From a virus: a stretch of DNA of 64,000 nucleotides. The notes under the pieces were generated by a model, which had not been told where the DNA came from, ran no database searches, and saw only the letters and a list, made by a program, of their open reading frames with translations. Shown piece by piece: positions 54,495 through 63,179 of the stretch (positions are counted from its first letter, which is position 1; every line of letters starts with the position of its first letter). The position numbers and the translations under genes are program-made. Location: positions 96,001-160,000 of IMG/VR virus record IMGVR_UViG_3300048113_001121, one strand, 5' to 3'.

Positions 54495-55325
54495 TATAGA
54501 ACGCTGAGATTACACGTTTATGGTGACTTGTCTTTAGTGAGATTACCCTATATCGGTTGCTCATGTATCCACTCTCGTTGCCGAAAGTATCAAGTCAGTG
54601 TCGGTTATTTGAGTGAACCACTCTTTTCGTTAACAACTACTCAACTACTACTTTACTCTGTCAAACCTTGCGAGTTCACTAAGGGACGGCCATCCCACCA
54701 GGTATTTGATAATTGACATCAGGAGACTTGCGGTCTACCGATGACTTCGTTAGTCTATTGACTCGAAGTGTTAGACACCTTTCGTTGTCAACGCCCGAAG
54801 AACTTTTGCTCTCTTTTAGTTTTAGTAAAAGTAACGATGGAAATGAGAAAGATGTGCTTCGGGAGAAGTTTCGTTTCTTTTGAAAACAAAATGCTTCACA
54901 CCTCTCTGTAAGTCTGTCAACTTACGGTACTTCAGGAATACGTTAACTTATCGTATCGGAATTCCTTTGTACTGGTACTCAGCCCTACAACACCTGACAG
55001 GGTGTGTCGAACCGTCACCTGTAGCTTTTCCTATTGATATCACTATCTCAACTCTGATATTCCACGGACTCAGAGTGGTCTCGTCCCTTTAGCAGTTGCC
55101 CTTAGGGTCTTGACCGTAGCCACTTTGTTTAGTTGTCAGAGTAAACTCTGCGAATATTCACGATGTACTATTCTCGTTTCAATCCCTTTAGTCCCATTGC
55201 TGGGGTTATCTAACGACGCTAAACCGCCGTCAAATGTCATACTTAACCGTTTAAGAAAAAGGGGTTAATCTTTTGTATTCCTTTCACAAACTGTGATGGT
55301 TAAGGTGACACTTACTAATATTTTC
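54495..55325 (-). ncRNA. Large structured ncRNA (~830 nt), GOLLD-like
   Basis: GC-richer than its flanks with no credible ORF; many hairpins with GNRA loops (CCCA-GCAA-TGGG, CTTTCG-GCAA-CGAGAG, CTTCG-AGTC/GACT-CGAAG, GTAAGT/ACTTAC); boxA-like motif at the 5' end and terminator at the 3' end; size and phage context fit GOLLD. Ends are approximate. Confidence 0.65.
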
Positions 55326-55540
55326 AAAGAACGTCTTCAGTACTCTTACTGAATTGTTTTACAAAACTACAACAAATTTTTTAATCTGTCAAACTTTTTT
55401 TTAAAAACTTTCTGATTTTCTGTTGGGTAAGATATAAATACTCCAATAAATCTCAAAAGTTATACAAATATACAAAAAAATTACTCTCAGACAAGCCCTT
55501 TAAGGGTTTTTTTGTGTTTTGTATTAAAATTATTGGATAT

Positions 55541-55765
55541 TTACCCTATAATTACTCCATTAGAATCAAAATACTTATCTAAAGCACTTAATCTATCGTC
55601 CGCGTCTACTAACATTACTAACGCCTCTTCAGCGTTTTTATAGAAGTCCCCTGTTGAGTGGTCTCCGATTCCTACTGCTTTACTACCAAGTAGTTCAAGT
55701 GATAATAATGCCTTTGCTTTATCTGCCTGTGCAGATGTTTTTAACATATTTACTAATTTGTTCAT
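55541..55765 (-). CDS. Hypothetical protein
   Basis: ORF track. Confidence 0.65.
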   Translation of the reverse strand: MNKLVNMLKTSAQADKAKALLSLELLGSKAVGIGDHSTGDFYKNAEEALVMLVDADDRLSALDKYFDSNGVIIG

Positions 55766-56169
55766 TTTAAAATTATTTTTATAAGTTTATTAAATTGTTT
55801 TGTCATTGGTTCGGGTAATTCATCTTTACCAAAATACCCACATTCCGTGTGTTCGTCCCCATCATAAGCGTTTTCTAAATCAGGAAACATCTCTTCTTCA
55901 ACATCCATAAGGTAGGTATAAAACATACCTTTAACTTTACTTCCGTCTCTGTTATACCTTTTTATTACCGCGGCAAACTCTATGTCTCCTAACACAGGTA
56001 AATCAGTCTCTTCTATAAACTCTCTAATCGCAGCGTCTTTAGTTGGCTCATCTTCTTCCACACTACCTGCGGGACATGACCAAAAACCTGGTAGAGTTGT
56101 TTGTGAGTTTCTTTTACAAAGTAACACCTTATTATCACATCTTACGATTATTCCTGCGTATTTTTTCAT
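55762..56169 (-). CDS. NUDIX hydrolase
   Basis: PAGSVEEDEPTKDAAIREFIEET Nudix box. Confidence 0.9.
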   Translation of the reverse strand: MKKYAGIIVRCDNKVLLCKRNSQTTLPGFWSCPAGSVEEDEPTKDAAIREFIEETDLPVLGDIEFAAVIKRYNRDGSKVKGMFYTYLMDVEEEMFPDLENAYDGDEHTECGYFGKDELPEPMTKQFNKLIKIILK

Positions 56170-56196
56170 TATTAGTTTTATTGGATATTTATTAGT

Positions 56197-56553
56197 ATGA
56201 AAGTAATCATAGAAAATAATATTTTAAAAGTCAAAGTTTCTTCCACTAAAAAATCCATAACTGATGGAATGATGGGAAAAAGATTTGATGAGTCCTTTGA
56301 TGGTATGTTATTTTTTATGCCTGAACGTACCGAACAAAGTTTTTGGATGTATAATTGTATTATACCATTAGACATTATTTTCATAGATGGAACAACAATA
56401 ACTAAAATTCATTCTAACTGTCAACCATGTAATGATAAGAAAAATTGTGAATCATATCAAGGATTTGGTGATACAGTTTTAGAGGTCTTTGGTGGTTTTT
56501 GTGAAGAACAAGGCATAAAAAAAGGAGACATCGTCTCCTTATCTTTATTTTAA
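56197..56553 (+). CDS. DUF192 family protein
   Basis: GMM...GMLFFM...SFWMYN..IPLDIIFI...VLEV.GG motifs. Confidence 0.8.
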   Translation: MKVIIENNILKVKVSSTKKSITDGMMGKRFDESFDGMLFFMPERTEQSFWMYNCIIPLDIIFIDGTTITKIHSNCQPCNDKKNCESYQGFGDTVLEVFGGFCEEQGIKKGDIVSLSLF

Positions 56554-56569
56554 AGTTGTCTTAATTGTT

Positions 56570-58948
56570 TTAAGCTATATCAAATTTTTGTAATTCTTCA
56601 ATTGAGTGTTCTCTAGCTCTTCTCTTAGGACTTCCTGAATTAACATCAGCAAAATATAATGTAGACTCTTTAGGGTTACTAAACTCAGGTACACCTTTAC
56701 TAATTAAGAATTTTACAGCAACTTCGGCAGCTGTTTTATCATCTAACATCTTATCAGGGTCACTAACGATATCAATACCAACTTTATTTCCATATTTTTG
56801 ATAATTAGCTTTACCCGTTAATTGGTTATAACCTCTACCAACGTATTTTGAACCATCATTTTTATTATTATTACCAATTCTACCATTATATACTAAATTA
56901 AAAAACTTATCATAGTCTCTCTTTAAATCATTTAATTCTGAATCAGACATCTTTCTAGTTTTTGAAAATATTTTATTAATTCTACGATTAGATGTATTAT
57001 GATAACCTCTTTCTTTTTTATTAATAAAATGAGTTTCTTTACCTATTACCGCTAACATACCAATTTGTGCGACTGGGTCTGTAATACCGTTCTCAATCAT
57101 AGTATCAATTAATCTTTGTATTCCTTTAGATGCTTTACCTGAGTACGTATGAGTTATCTTACCATCTAATGTAGTAAACTCCTTACTTGAATATGTATAT
57201 TTTTCTATATCCTTATCTTCTATATTTTCATTTTTTAATTTATTATACATTAAATCTTTAGTTCCTGTAGAAAAAATCCCGTTTTCCTCTAATTTGTTGT
57301 CTCTCTTAAATTTATTTAACGCTCTTTCTGTTTCGGGTCCGAATAACCCATCGACACCATACACCGGTAATTCATAACCTAATAAAGATAATCCAATCTG
57401 AAATGACTCAACATCTTGTTTAAATCTCATATTTTTACGGTCACTTCTTTCGATGTCACCTTCAATATTGTTAATATTAACTAATAATTGATTACTATCA
57501 GCATCGACTAATTCAGCCTTGTCTGCTTGTTCATTTAATCCTTTTGATTCATTTATTTTTTCTTTAAGTTTTCTTACGAACTCTTTTTGAATCATCTTAA
57601 CAAACTTAACATATGGTGAATCACCTCTATCTTTACTATACTTGTACTTACCTTCAGGTTTTCTCTTACCTCTTCCGAAGTAATTTAACGCAGATATGTT
57701 TGTAATACATTTGTGTCCACCTGAGTTAGCTTGAATCATTTCCCATGCCGGTACACCTAACTTATCTAATATAGCCCACTCATCTTCAGTTAACTTAGTA
57801 GATGGTTTGTCCATAATATCTTTTAATTTTTCCATATAGTCATCACCCCCATCCATTGAACGAACCTTATCACCATAAAAGGCTTCTAAATCCGCATTAG
57901 TGAAACCAACTGACTCATCTCCAAATTGTTTATTACCTTCTGATATCCATTTGATAGTAGATAAAGGAATTATCTTTTCTCTTAATTGACTCTCCCATTT
58001 ACTTAATACTTCTTGAGCTATATCACCTAAGTTAACACCTTTCAATTCTCTCTCACCTTTAAATGGGTTACATGACGCTTGTACTAACCCCATTGGCCAA
58101 GCGATTACTATAAAGTCAGCTTCAGGATTATTTTTAAATGGAGTATAACGGTCATAAGAACCTGGTTTAAACATTGAACCTCCTCCGTATTGTACTATAA
58201 TTCCGTCATCAACATAAACTTTATCACTATCTTTTTGTTTCTGTACATAATCTTTTTGATTTAAAGCCATCTCTTCAGGTAACGCATACCCCTTTTCAGC
58301 AGCTAATCTATTAATGTTTTGAAATATGTTTAATAGTGATGGTTGAGATGTCATTACTAAATCTTCCATAAAACCTGGTTTATTCTTATAAGCTAACATA
58401 AGTTTGTTAGTTGCTAAACCTAAGGCCATTTTATTTTTCTGTAATGACTTATCTTTTTGTAATTTAAATACAAAATTCATTATATCTTGTGGTTCTAACC
58501 CATACTTAGCAAAATCTGCAGAATCGACTGTAGATATTAATCTAATATCATCGGCAGTAAAGATATCACTTGGTGACATTATTTGAGATAAAGTCTCAAC
58601 ATTTGAACGTGACGACCTGAATGATGTTGATGTGTCGCCTTCCACACCTGTTTGACTATCATGATGGTCTGTATGTACAACAAACATCGGCTTTCCATGT
58701 GCGAAATCAACTAAAACCGGCATCGTATCACCTTTAGCATCTTGTTTCTTTACCGCAAATTCCTTATCACCGTATTGTATTATTTCAGAATCAACAACTT
58801 TAATTCCATTATTCTCTAAATAATTTTTCATAGCTAAGGCAGTCGTAACACCGTCTAAATCTTGATGAAAATATATTTTAGCTTTCTCATATCTCTTAGA
58901 TAAATCGTTGATATTTCTTAATCCTGATTCTTTAATTAATTTTTTCAT
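56570..58948 (-). CDS. Fusion protein: DHH/DHHA1 phosphoesterase, PG-binding domain and GH19-like lysozyme
   Basis: HQDLDG, VDF, TDHH and SGGH; VDGLFGPETERALNKFK; KYVGRGYNQLTGKANYQKYG. Confidence 0.75.
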   Translation of the reverse strand: MKKLIKESGLRNINDLSKRYEKAKIYFHQDLDGVTTALAMKNYLENNGIKVVDSEIIQYGDKEFAVKKQDAKGDTMPVLVDFAHGKPMFVVHTDHHDSQTGVEGDTSTSFRSSRSNVETLSQIMSPSDIFTADDIRLISTVDSADFAKYGLEPQDIMNFVFKLQKDKSLQKNKMALGLATNKLMLAYKNKPGFMEDLVMTSQPSLLNIFQNINRLAAEKGYALPEEMALNQKDYVQKQKDSDKVYVDDGIIVQYGGGSMFKPGSYDRYTPFKNNPEADFIVIAWPMGLVQASCNPFKGERELKGVNLGDIAQEVLSKWESQLREKIIPLSTIKWISEGNKQFGDESVGFTNADLEAFYGDKVRSMDGGDDYMEKLKDIMDKPSTKLTEDEWAILDKLGVPAWEMIQANSGGHKCITNISALNYFGRGKRKPEGKYKYSKDRGDSPYVKFVKMIQKEFVRKLKEKINESKGLNEQADKAELVDADSNQLLVNINNIEGDIERSDRKNMRFKQDVESFQIGLSLLGYELPVYGVDGLFGPETERALNKFKRDNKLEENGIFSTGTKDLMYNKLKNENIEDKDIEKYTYSSKEFTTLDGKITHTYSGKASKGIQRLIDTMIENGITDPVAQIGMLAVIGKETHFINKKERGYHNTSNRRINKIFSKTRKMSDSELNDLKRDYDKFFNLVYNGRIGNNNKNDGSKYVGRGYNQLTGKANYQKYGNKVGIDIVSDPDKMLDDKTAAEVAVKFLISKGVPEFSNPKESTLYFADVNSGSPKRRAREHSIEELQKFDIA

Positions 58949-59514
58949 GATATAAACATATTTTTTTCTTTTGTTCTTCTATTCTTAAGACCATCATTCG
59001 AGGACTTATATGATAAAATACTTTCTGCCGCTTTTTTATTTTGACCAGATTTAACATATTGTATAAATCTTGACATTCTAACTGAATCACATCCAGTATT
59101 AAAAACTAATGATATTAACGAATCAAATTGTCCTTGAGTTAACATATACGTTTTTAATCCTTTATCTTTCCATTCCCCTAAAAATCTTCTAACGCAGTCG
59201 GCAGCCTCCGAAGCATCTTTATAAAGTAACTCTAACGCAGTTTTTTTATCTATCACTAAACCACGTTTTACATCACTACCAGTGTGTCCATAACCGATAG
59301 TTAAAACTCCACTTGTGTCTTTATAAGCCTTTAATACTGGCGCCTTTATGTTACCAATTGGTTTTTTGGGGTCACCTTCTTCAAATTTAATATGGTCCCA
59401 AAAGTTTTGACTGGCCTTCATTATCGTACCATCTTTTTTGTCAGAGTCACTTTCAATTAAATACATTTTACGTATTTGAGACTCTTCCGATTCATTTATA
59501 AATAACTTTGACAT
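58945..59514 (-). CDS. Phage lysozyme (GH24)
   Basis: KFEEG...AYKDTSGVLTIGYGHT, QGQFDSLISLVFNTG and GLKNRRTKE motifs. Confidence 0.88.
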   Translation of the reverse strand: MSKLFINESEESQIRKMYLIESDSDKKDGTIMKASQNFWDHIKFEEGDPKKPIGNIKAPVLKAYKDTSGVLTIGYGHTGSDVKRGLVIDKKTALELLYKDASEAADCVRRFLGEWKDKGLKTYMLTQGQFDSLISLVFNTGCDSVRMSRFIQYVKSGQNKKAAESILSYKSSNDGLKNRRTKEKNMFIS

Positions 59515-59707
59515 AAAAACTTTTATTAATAAATATCTATAATAACAAAAAACCCCTCACTTTGTAGGGGTTTCACTCATTAATGATATTGAACATGCGA
59601 TGATATTATCAAACCACACTTTTTTAGGGTTACTTAGACTTCCTTTTTTAAATGTTTTTACATGACCATCAGTTGTTACTATAGTGATTGAGTCGTGGTT
59701 CTTAATA

Positions 59708-60586
59708 CTAATTTCTCGTATGTTCATCTAAAACTAACTTCAACTGTTTTTGTTCAGTTTGATACTCTTTTAGTCTTTCTCTGGCAACTTCACAGTAATT
59801 TTTACTGATATCCATACCAATCCAAGGTCTACCTAACATTTCCGCAGCTAAACAAGTAGTCCCACTTCCGTTGAATGGGTCCATAACTACATCTTCTTTA
59901 TATGAAAGAATTTTAATCGCCCTATATGGTATATCCAATGAAAATGTCGCCTTTGTTTTTTGTCTTGTATCCGCAAAATAATTCCACTGACCAAAGACTA
60001 AAGACATAAAATCTTTTTTATCTTTATCCTCATAGACTAACTTCTTTCTAAACTCACCTTCAATTTTTTCATTAGGAACCATTTGAAACTCACCTTTCCA
60101 TTGAGGGGTTCCTTTAATATCTTTCTTATGTTTTTTCTTATAAGCAAGAATCACACACTCCTTAGGATTATAGATATATGGTGAAGACGGGCTCATCCAA
60201 CTACCCCAAGCAGTTGTTTTTGAACGATGTGGGGAATCTTCTTCTAAATCTACAATACCAAAGAAACCAAACCCAATCTCTTTCATTATCATCCAAAATT
60301 CAGCAGAAAAATATATTCTACCACCTTTTTTTTGTCTGTTAATTTCGTAAGGAATGTTTAGTGCTATACGACCATCGTCTTTAAGTACTCGATAAGTCTC
60401 TCTTAACCATTCTCTTGTAAATTTCCAGTACTCGGCTATTTCTTTATCATCATCCCAACTATCATAATCAATACCAACACCATAAGGTGGACTAGTAACA
60501 ACTAAGTCTACAGTTTTTTCGGACATCTCCGACATAAGTTTACGGCCATCACCGCAATAAATTTTATTCTTCTCCATTTTGTTCAA
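59708..60586 (-). CDS. DNA methyltransferase (N4-C/N6-A, beta class)
   Basis: VTSPPY (motif IV) precedes DPFNGSGTT (motif I). Confidence 0.9.
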   Translation of the reverse strand: MNKMEKNKIYCGDGRKLMSEMSEKTVDLVVTSPPYGVGIDYDSWDDDKEIAEYWKFTREWLRETYRVLKDDGRIALNIPYEINRQKKGGRIYFSAEFWMIMKEIGFGFFGIVDLEEDSPHRSKTTAWGSWMSPSSPYIYNPKECVILAYKKKHKKDIKGTPQWKGEFQMVPNEKIEGEFRKKLVYEDKDKKDFMSLVFGQWNYFADTRQKTKATFSLDIPYRAIKILSYKEDVVMDPFNGSGTTCLAAEMLGRPWIGMDISKNYCEVARERLKEYQTEQKQLKLVLDEHTRN

Positions 60587-60800
60587 TTGTTTTAATTCTT
60601 CTATCTAAATAAAATAACGCTTTTTTTAAATCTTGTACAGGTGGGTTGTCATCTTTTTTTCCACTTCTAACTATATACTTTAATACGTTAAATAGATATG
60701 CATCTTCATCTAACCCTGTAGCTTCTGCTATTTTTATAACCTCATATGGGTTATCTTCACCACCATAATGGTCAGGGTGTGATACTAATTCTTTACTCAT
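60564..60800 (-). CDS. DUF3310-like phage protein
   Basis: VSHPDHYGG...NVLKYIVRSGKK...DLKKALFYL. Confidence 0.75.
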   Translation of the reverse strand: MSKELVSHPDHYGGEDNPYEVIKIAEATGLDEDAYLFNVLKYIVRSGKKDDNPPVQDLKKALFYLDRRIKTIEQNGEE

Positions 60801-61008
60801 TACCTTTAGCTTTTAAAACATAATAGTCATCAGCGTGTTTACTAACCTCTATTAAGTCTCTATTAATTAATTGTTTTAAAATTATTCTAGTTTTTTCTGT
60901 AGACTCACATAAAATATAATCCGATATGTAATTGATATGAATAGGTACCCTAAGTTTACCTGTTAACATATTCATACGTTCTGTTGGTATTTCAAATTTT
61001 TCACTCAT
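60793..61008 (-). CDS. Hypothetical protein
   Basis: ORF track. Confidence 0.6.
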   Translation of the reverse strand: MSEKFEIPTERMNMLTGKLRVPIHINYISDYILCESTEKTRIILKQLINRDLIEVSKHADDYYVLKAKGNE

Positions 61009-61019
61009 AGTATTATCAT

Positions 61020-61982
61020 TTAATTATTAATTTTCCATTTATTGTAAGGTATCATACTATAAGGATGTCTTTCAAAAAAACTTTCATGAATAAAAGTATA
61101 CTCATTTTCTTGTTTTTTATCAAGATACGCACCCCAAAATGATAACGTTGAATTTGATAATATGTGTTTATCACACATACTCATCATATGAACCGCAATA
61201 TACGGGTCTTCATCAATATAAACAAACTTTTCCTTAGGAAACCCTAATTTGTTTACGAAATTTTTGGCAGATTCTAAATTATCTGAAAACACAAGTACTT
61301 TATGTCCCTCACTCTCATTATTTAAAATTTTAATAACCCATTCTTCAGGTATTAATTTTATATCAAAAAAATTATCTTGTCTACCTCCACCCATTCTTAG
61401 ATGTAAGGATATACTATTTTTAAATAAACTACCATAATTGTATTCAATATAATTTGTTATATTTTCATCAGGTTCGAATATTTCTAAAATATAATCCCTC
61501 TCGTGATGCCAATACAATTTATTAAAAAAGTAACCCTGAAATAGGTAAGGTGGTTTTACTTTTTGTTTTAAATCGTAGTACACTCCACCTTCACCAGTAT
61601 CTATATCCCACCCTAAACTTTGGTCAAACCACCATTCAAAGGCATTAGGTCTACTATCGAACCACGGTAATTTAGGGTAAACATCACCAAATGATATATG
61701 TGGGTCTTTTAATATGTGTCCACCCCATGGGTCAAAATGTATATTTCTACCATTTCGATTAAGATGTTTATTAAATTTAGAACTCTCTGATTGATGTGTA
61801 GTCCAATAACCAACAATTGGGTCATAACCCATTTCTTTAGCGTAGACCATTAAGGTTGCTGTCTGAAACATCATATTACCCAAACCACCCGCTAAAAGAA
61901 CTGATACAGTTTTATCTGTAATATTAACGTCTATAGGGTTTTGAAGTTTCATTAGTTTTGAGGTTTTTTTATTAAGACCCAT
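61020..61982 (-). CDS. Alpha-1,2-fucosyltransferase-like glycosyltransferase (GT11)
   Basis: GGLGNMMFQ, SLHLRMG, VFSD and SNSTLSFWGAYL motifs. Confidence 0.85.
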   Translation of the reverse strand: MGLNKKTSKLMKLQNPIDVNITDKTVSVLLAGGLGNMMFQTATLMVYAKEMGYDPIVGYWTTHQSESSKFNKHLNRNGRNIHFDPWGGHILKDPHISFGDVYPKLPWFDSRPNAFEWWFDQSLGWDIDTGEGGVYYDLKQKVKPPYLFQGYFFNKLYWHHERDYILEIFEPDENITNYIEYNYGSLFKNSISLHLRMGGGRQDNFFDIKLIPEEWVIKILNNESEGHKVLVFSDNLESAKNFVNKLGFPKEKFVYIDEDPYIAVHMMSMCDKHILSNSTLSFWGAYLDKKQENEYTFIHESFFERHPYSMIPYNKWKINN

Positions 61983-62374
61983 TTATGTTCAGAATTTAGT
62001 TCAACACTTAGAACAAATTCTTGATTCCACATTTCAGGTTCTATTAATGATAAGAAATATTTTCCATCATCTCCATAATAAAGATAATAAATATGACCTA
62101 TTATCGGCTCAAAAGAAAATTTAGACTCATACACTATTTGATTTAATTTAACTTCATCAACTAAATTATTATATTCATCTACTAATTCTTGGTATTTTTT
62201 ATTGAATTTTTTCTGTATCTTTTGTACATTCCTTTGTTTGTAGGATGAAATATCTTCTATTTTAATAACGGGCGCCGATACGCTACTCCCATAAGGTAAT
62301 ATATTTGCGTTATATTTTTGAGTTTCTTCGTCCCATACAATATGGTCAGGTTTTTTAAGTTTAATGTTACTCAT
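61952..62374 (-). CDS. DUF2452-like protein
   Basis: LPYGSSVSAP...FSFEPIIGHIYYLY...FLSLIEPEMW. Confidence 0.65.
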   Translation of the reverse strand: MSNIKLKKPDHIVWDEETQKYNANILPYGSSVSAPVIKIEDISSYKQRNVQKIQKKFNKKYQELVDEYNNLVDEVKLNQIVYESKFSFEPIIGHIYYLYYGDDGKYFLSLIEPEMWNQEFVLSVELNSEHKWVLIKKPQN

Positions 62375-62375
62375 C

Positions 62376-63179
62376 TTAGGACTTTAATTCTTGAATTTTA
62401 ATTGTTTGAAAAATATAGTTCATAACCTTTCTCTTAGCTATAGATAAAATAGAACCTTCTAACGGAAATTTTTCTTCATACCTAACCCTAAAAATAGGAT
62501 ATGAATCTTCTATCTGTTTTAAAAACTTTTCTGATTTTTTTTCATTGAAAATAATAGCTTTACTTCTAATTAAATTAATTAGACTTTTTTTATCGGTTAC
62601 GTCTATCACGTCACCTTTATAAATTAAATCTACTTTACATTTATTTTCATTAGTTGTTTTAGTGTAGGTATTAATTCTATATTGATAAACATGTAATAAC
62701 TCATCATACACAATATAAAAAAACCCTATACCTGGTTTAGTATTTGTTTTTTTAAGGTCATTAAAGACAATTCGTATTGAAACATTATCATATAGTAATG
62801 TCCATATAGACTTACCTATTAAAAATAAATCCGTTAATCTACTCTGAGAAAACTTTATAATCTTTGATATTTCTTCTTTAGTTTCTTTACTATGTCTTAA
62901 ATTATTATACACCAAGTCGTCTAATAATATTTCATCATCAATATCGTCTGGTTCCCTATTAAGTGTAATATATCTAGAACGGTCCTTAATTGAACCAACG
63001 TTAGCTAAATGTAACGACAATTCTTGGAAGGATGGGTATAACTTAAATTCATCAAAGTCCTTATCAACTTTGGTAATATAGTCCATTAGAACATATTGTT
63101 TATGCTCTAAATCTATAGGTTCTTGTAAAATCCAATTGGTATCTAATCTCATATTCTCTTTAGTCTTCCTTTTTCCCAA
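62376..63179 (-). CDS. Hypothetical protein
   Basis: ORF track. Confidence 0.7.
   Translation of the reverse strand: MGKRKTKENMRLDTNWILQEPIDLEHKQYVLMDYITKVDKDFDEFKLYPSFQELSLHLANVGSIKDRSRYITLNREPDDIDDEILLDDLVYNNLRHSKETKEEISKIIKFSQSRLTDLFLIGKSIWTLLYDNVSIRIVFNDLKKTNTKPGIGFFYIVYDELLHVYQYRINTYTKTTNENKCKVDLIYKGDVIDVTDKKSLINLIRSKAIIFNEKKSEKFLKQIEDSYPIFRVRYEEKFPLEGSILSIAKRKVMNYIFQTIKIQELKS

Noticed and set aside
54495-55325. rRNA fragment or self-splicing intron
   Set aside because: No rRNA universal motifs recognised. The RNA does not interrupt a gene and has its own promoter motif and terminator. The three short ORFs here (54528-54716, 54880-55092 and similar) look like by-products of structured RNA.
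30466-61437. Further shadow ORFs (30466-30678, 31918-32112, 33450-33635, 33753-34136, 40364-40549, 42056-42722 set, 44567-45020, 46500-46688, 53735-54116, 55982-56384, 58404-58586, 61249-61437)
   Set aside because: Antisense or alternative-frame products of real genes, often of their low-complexity regions.
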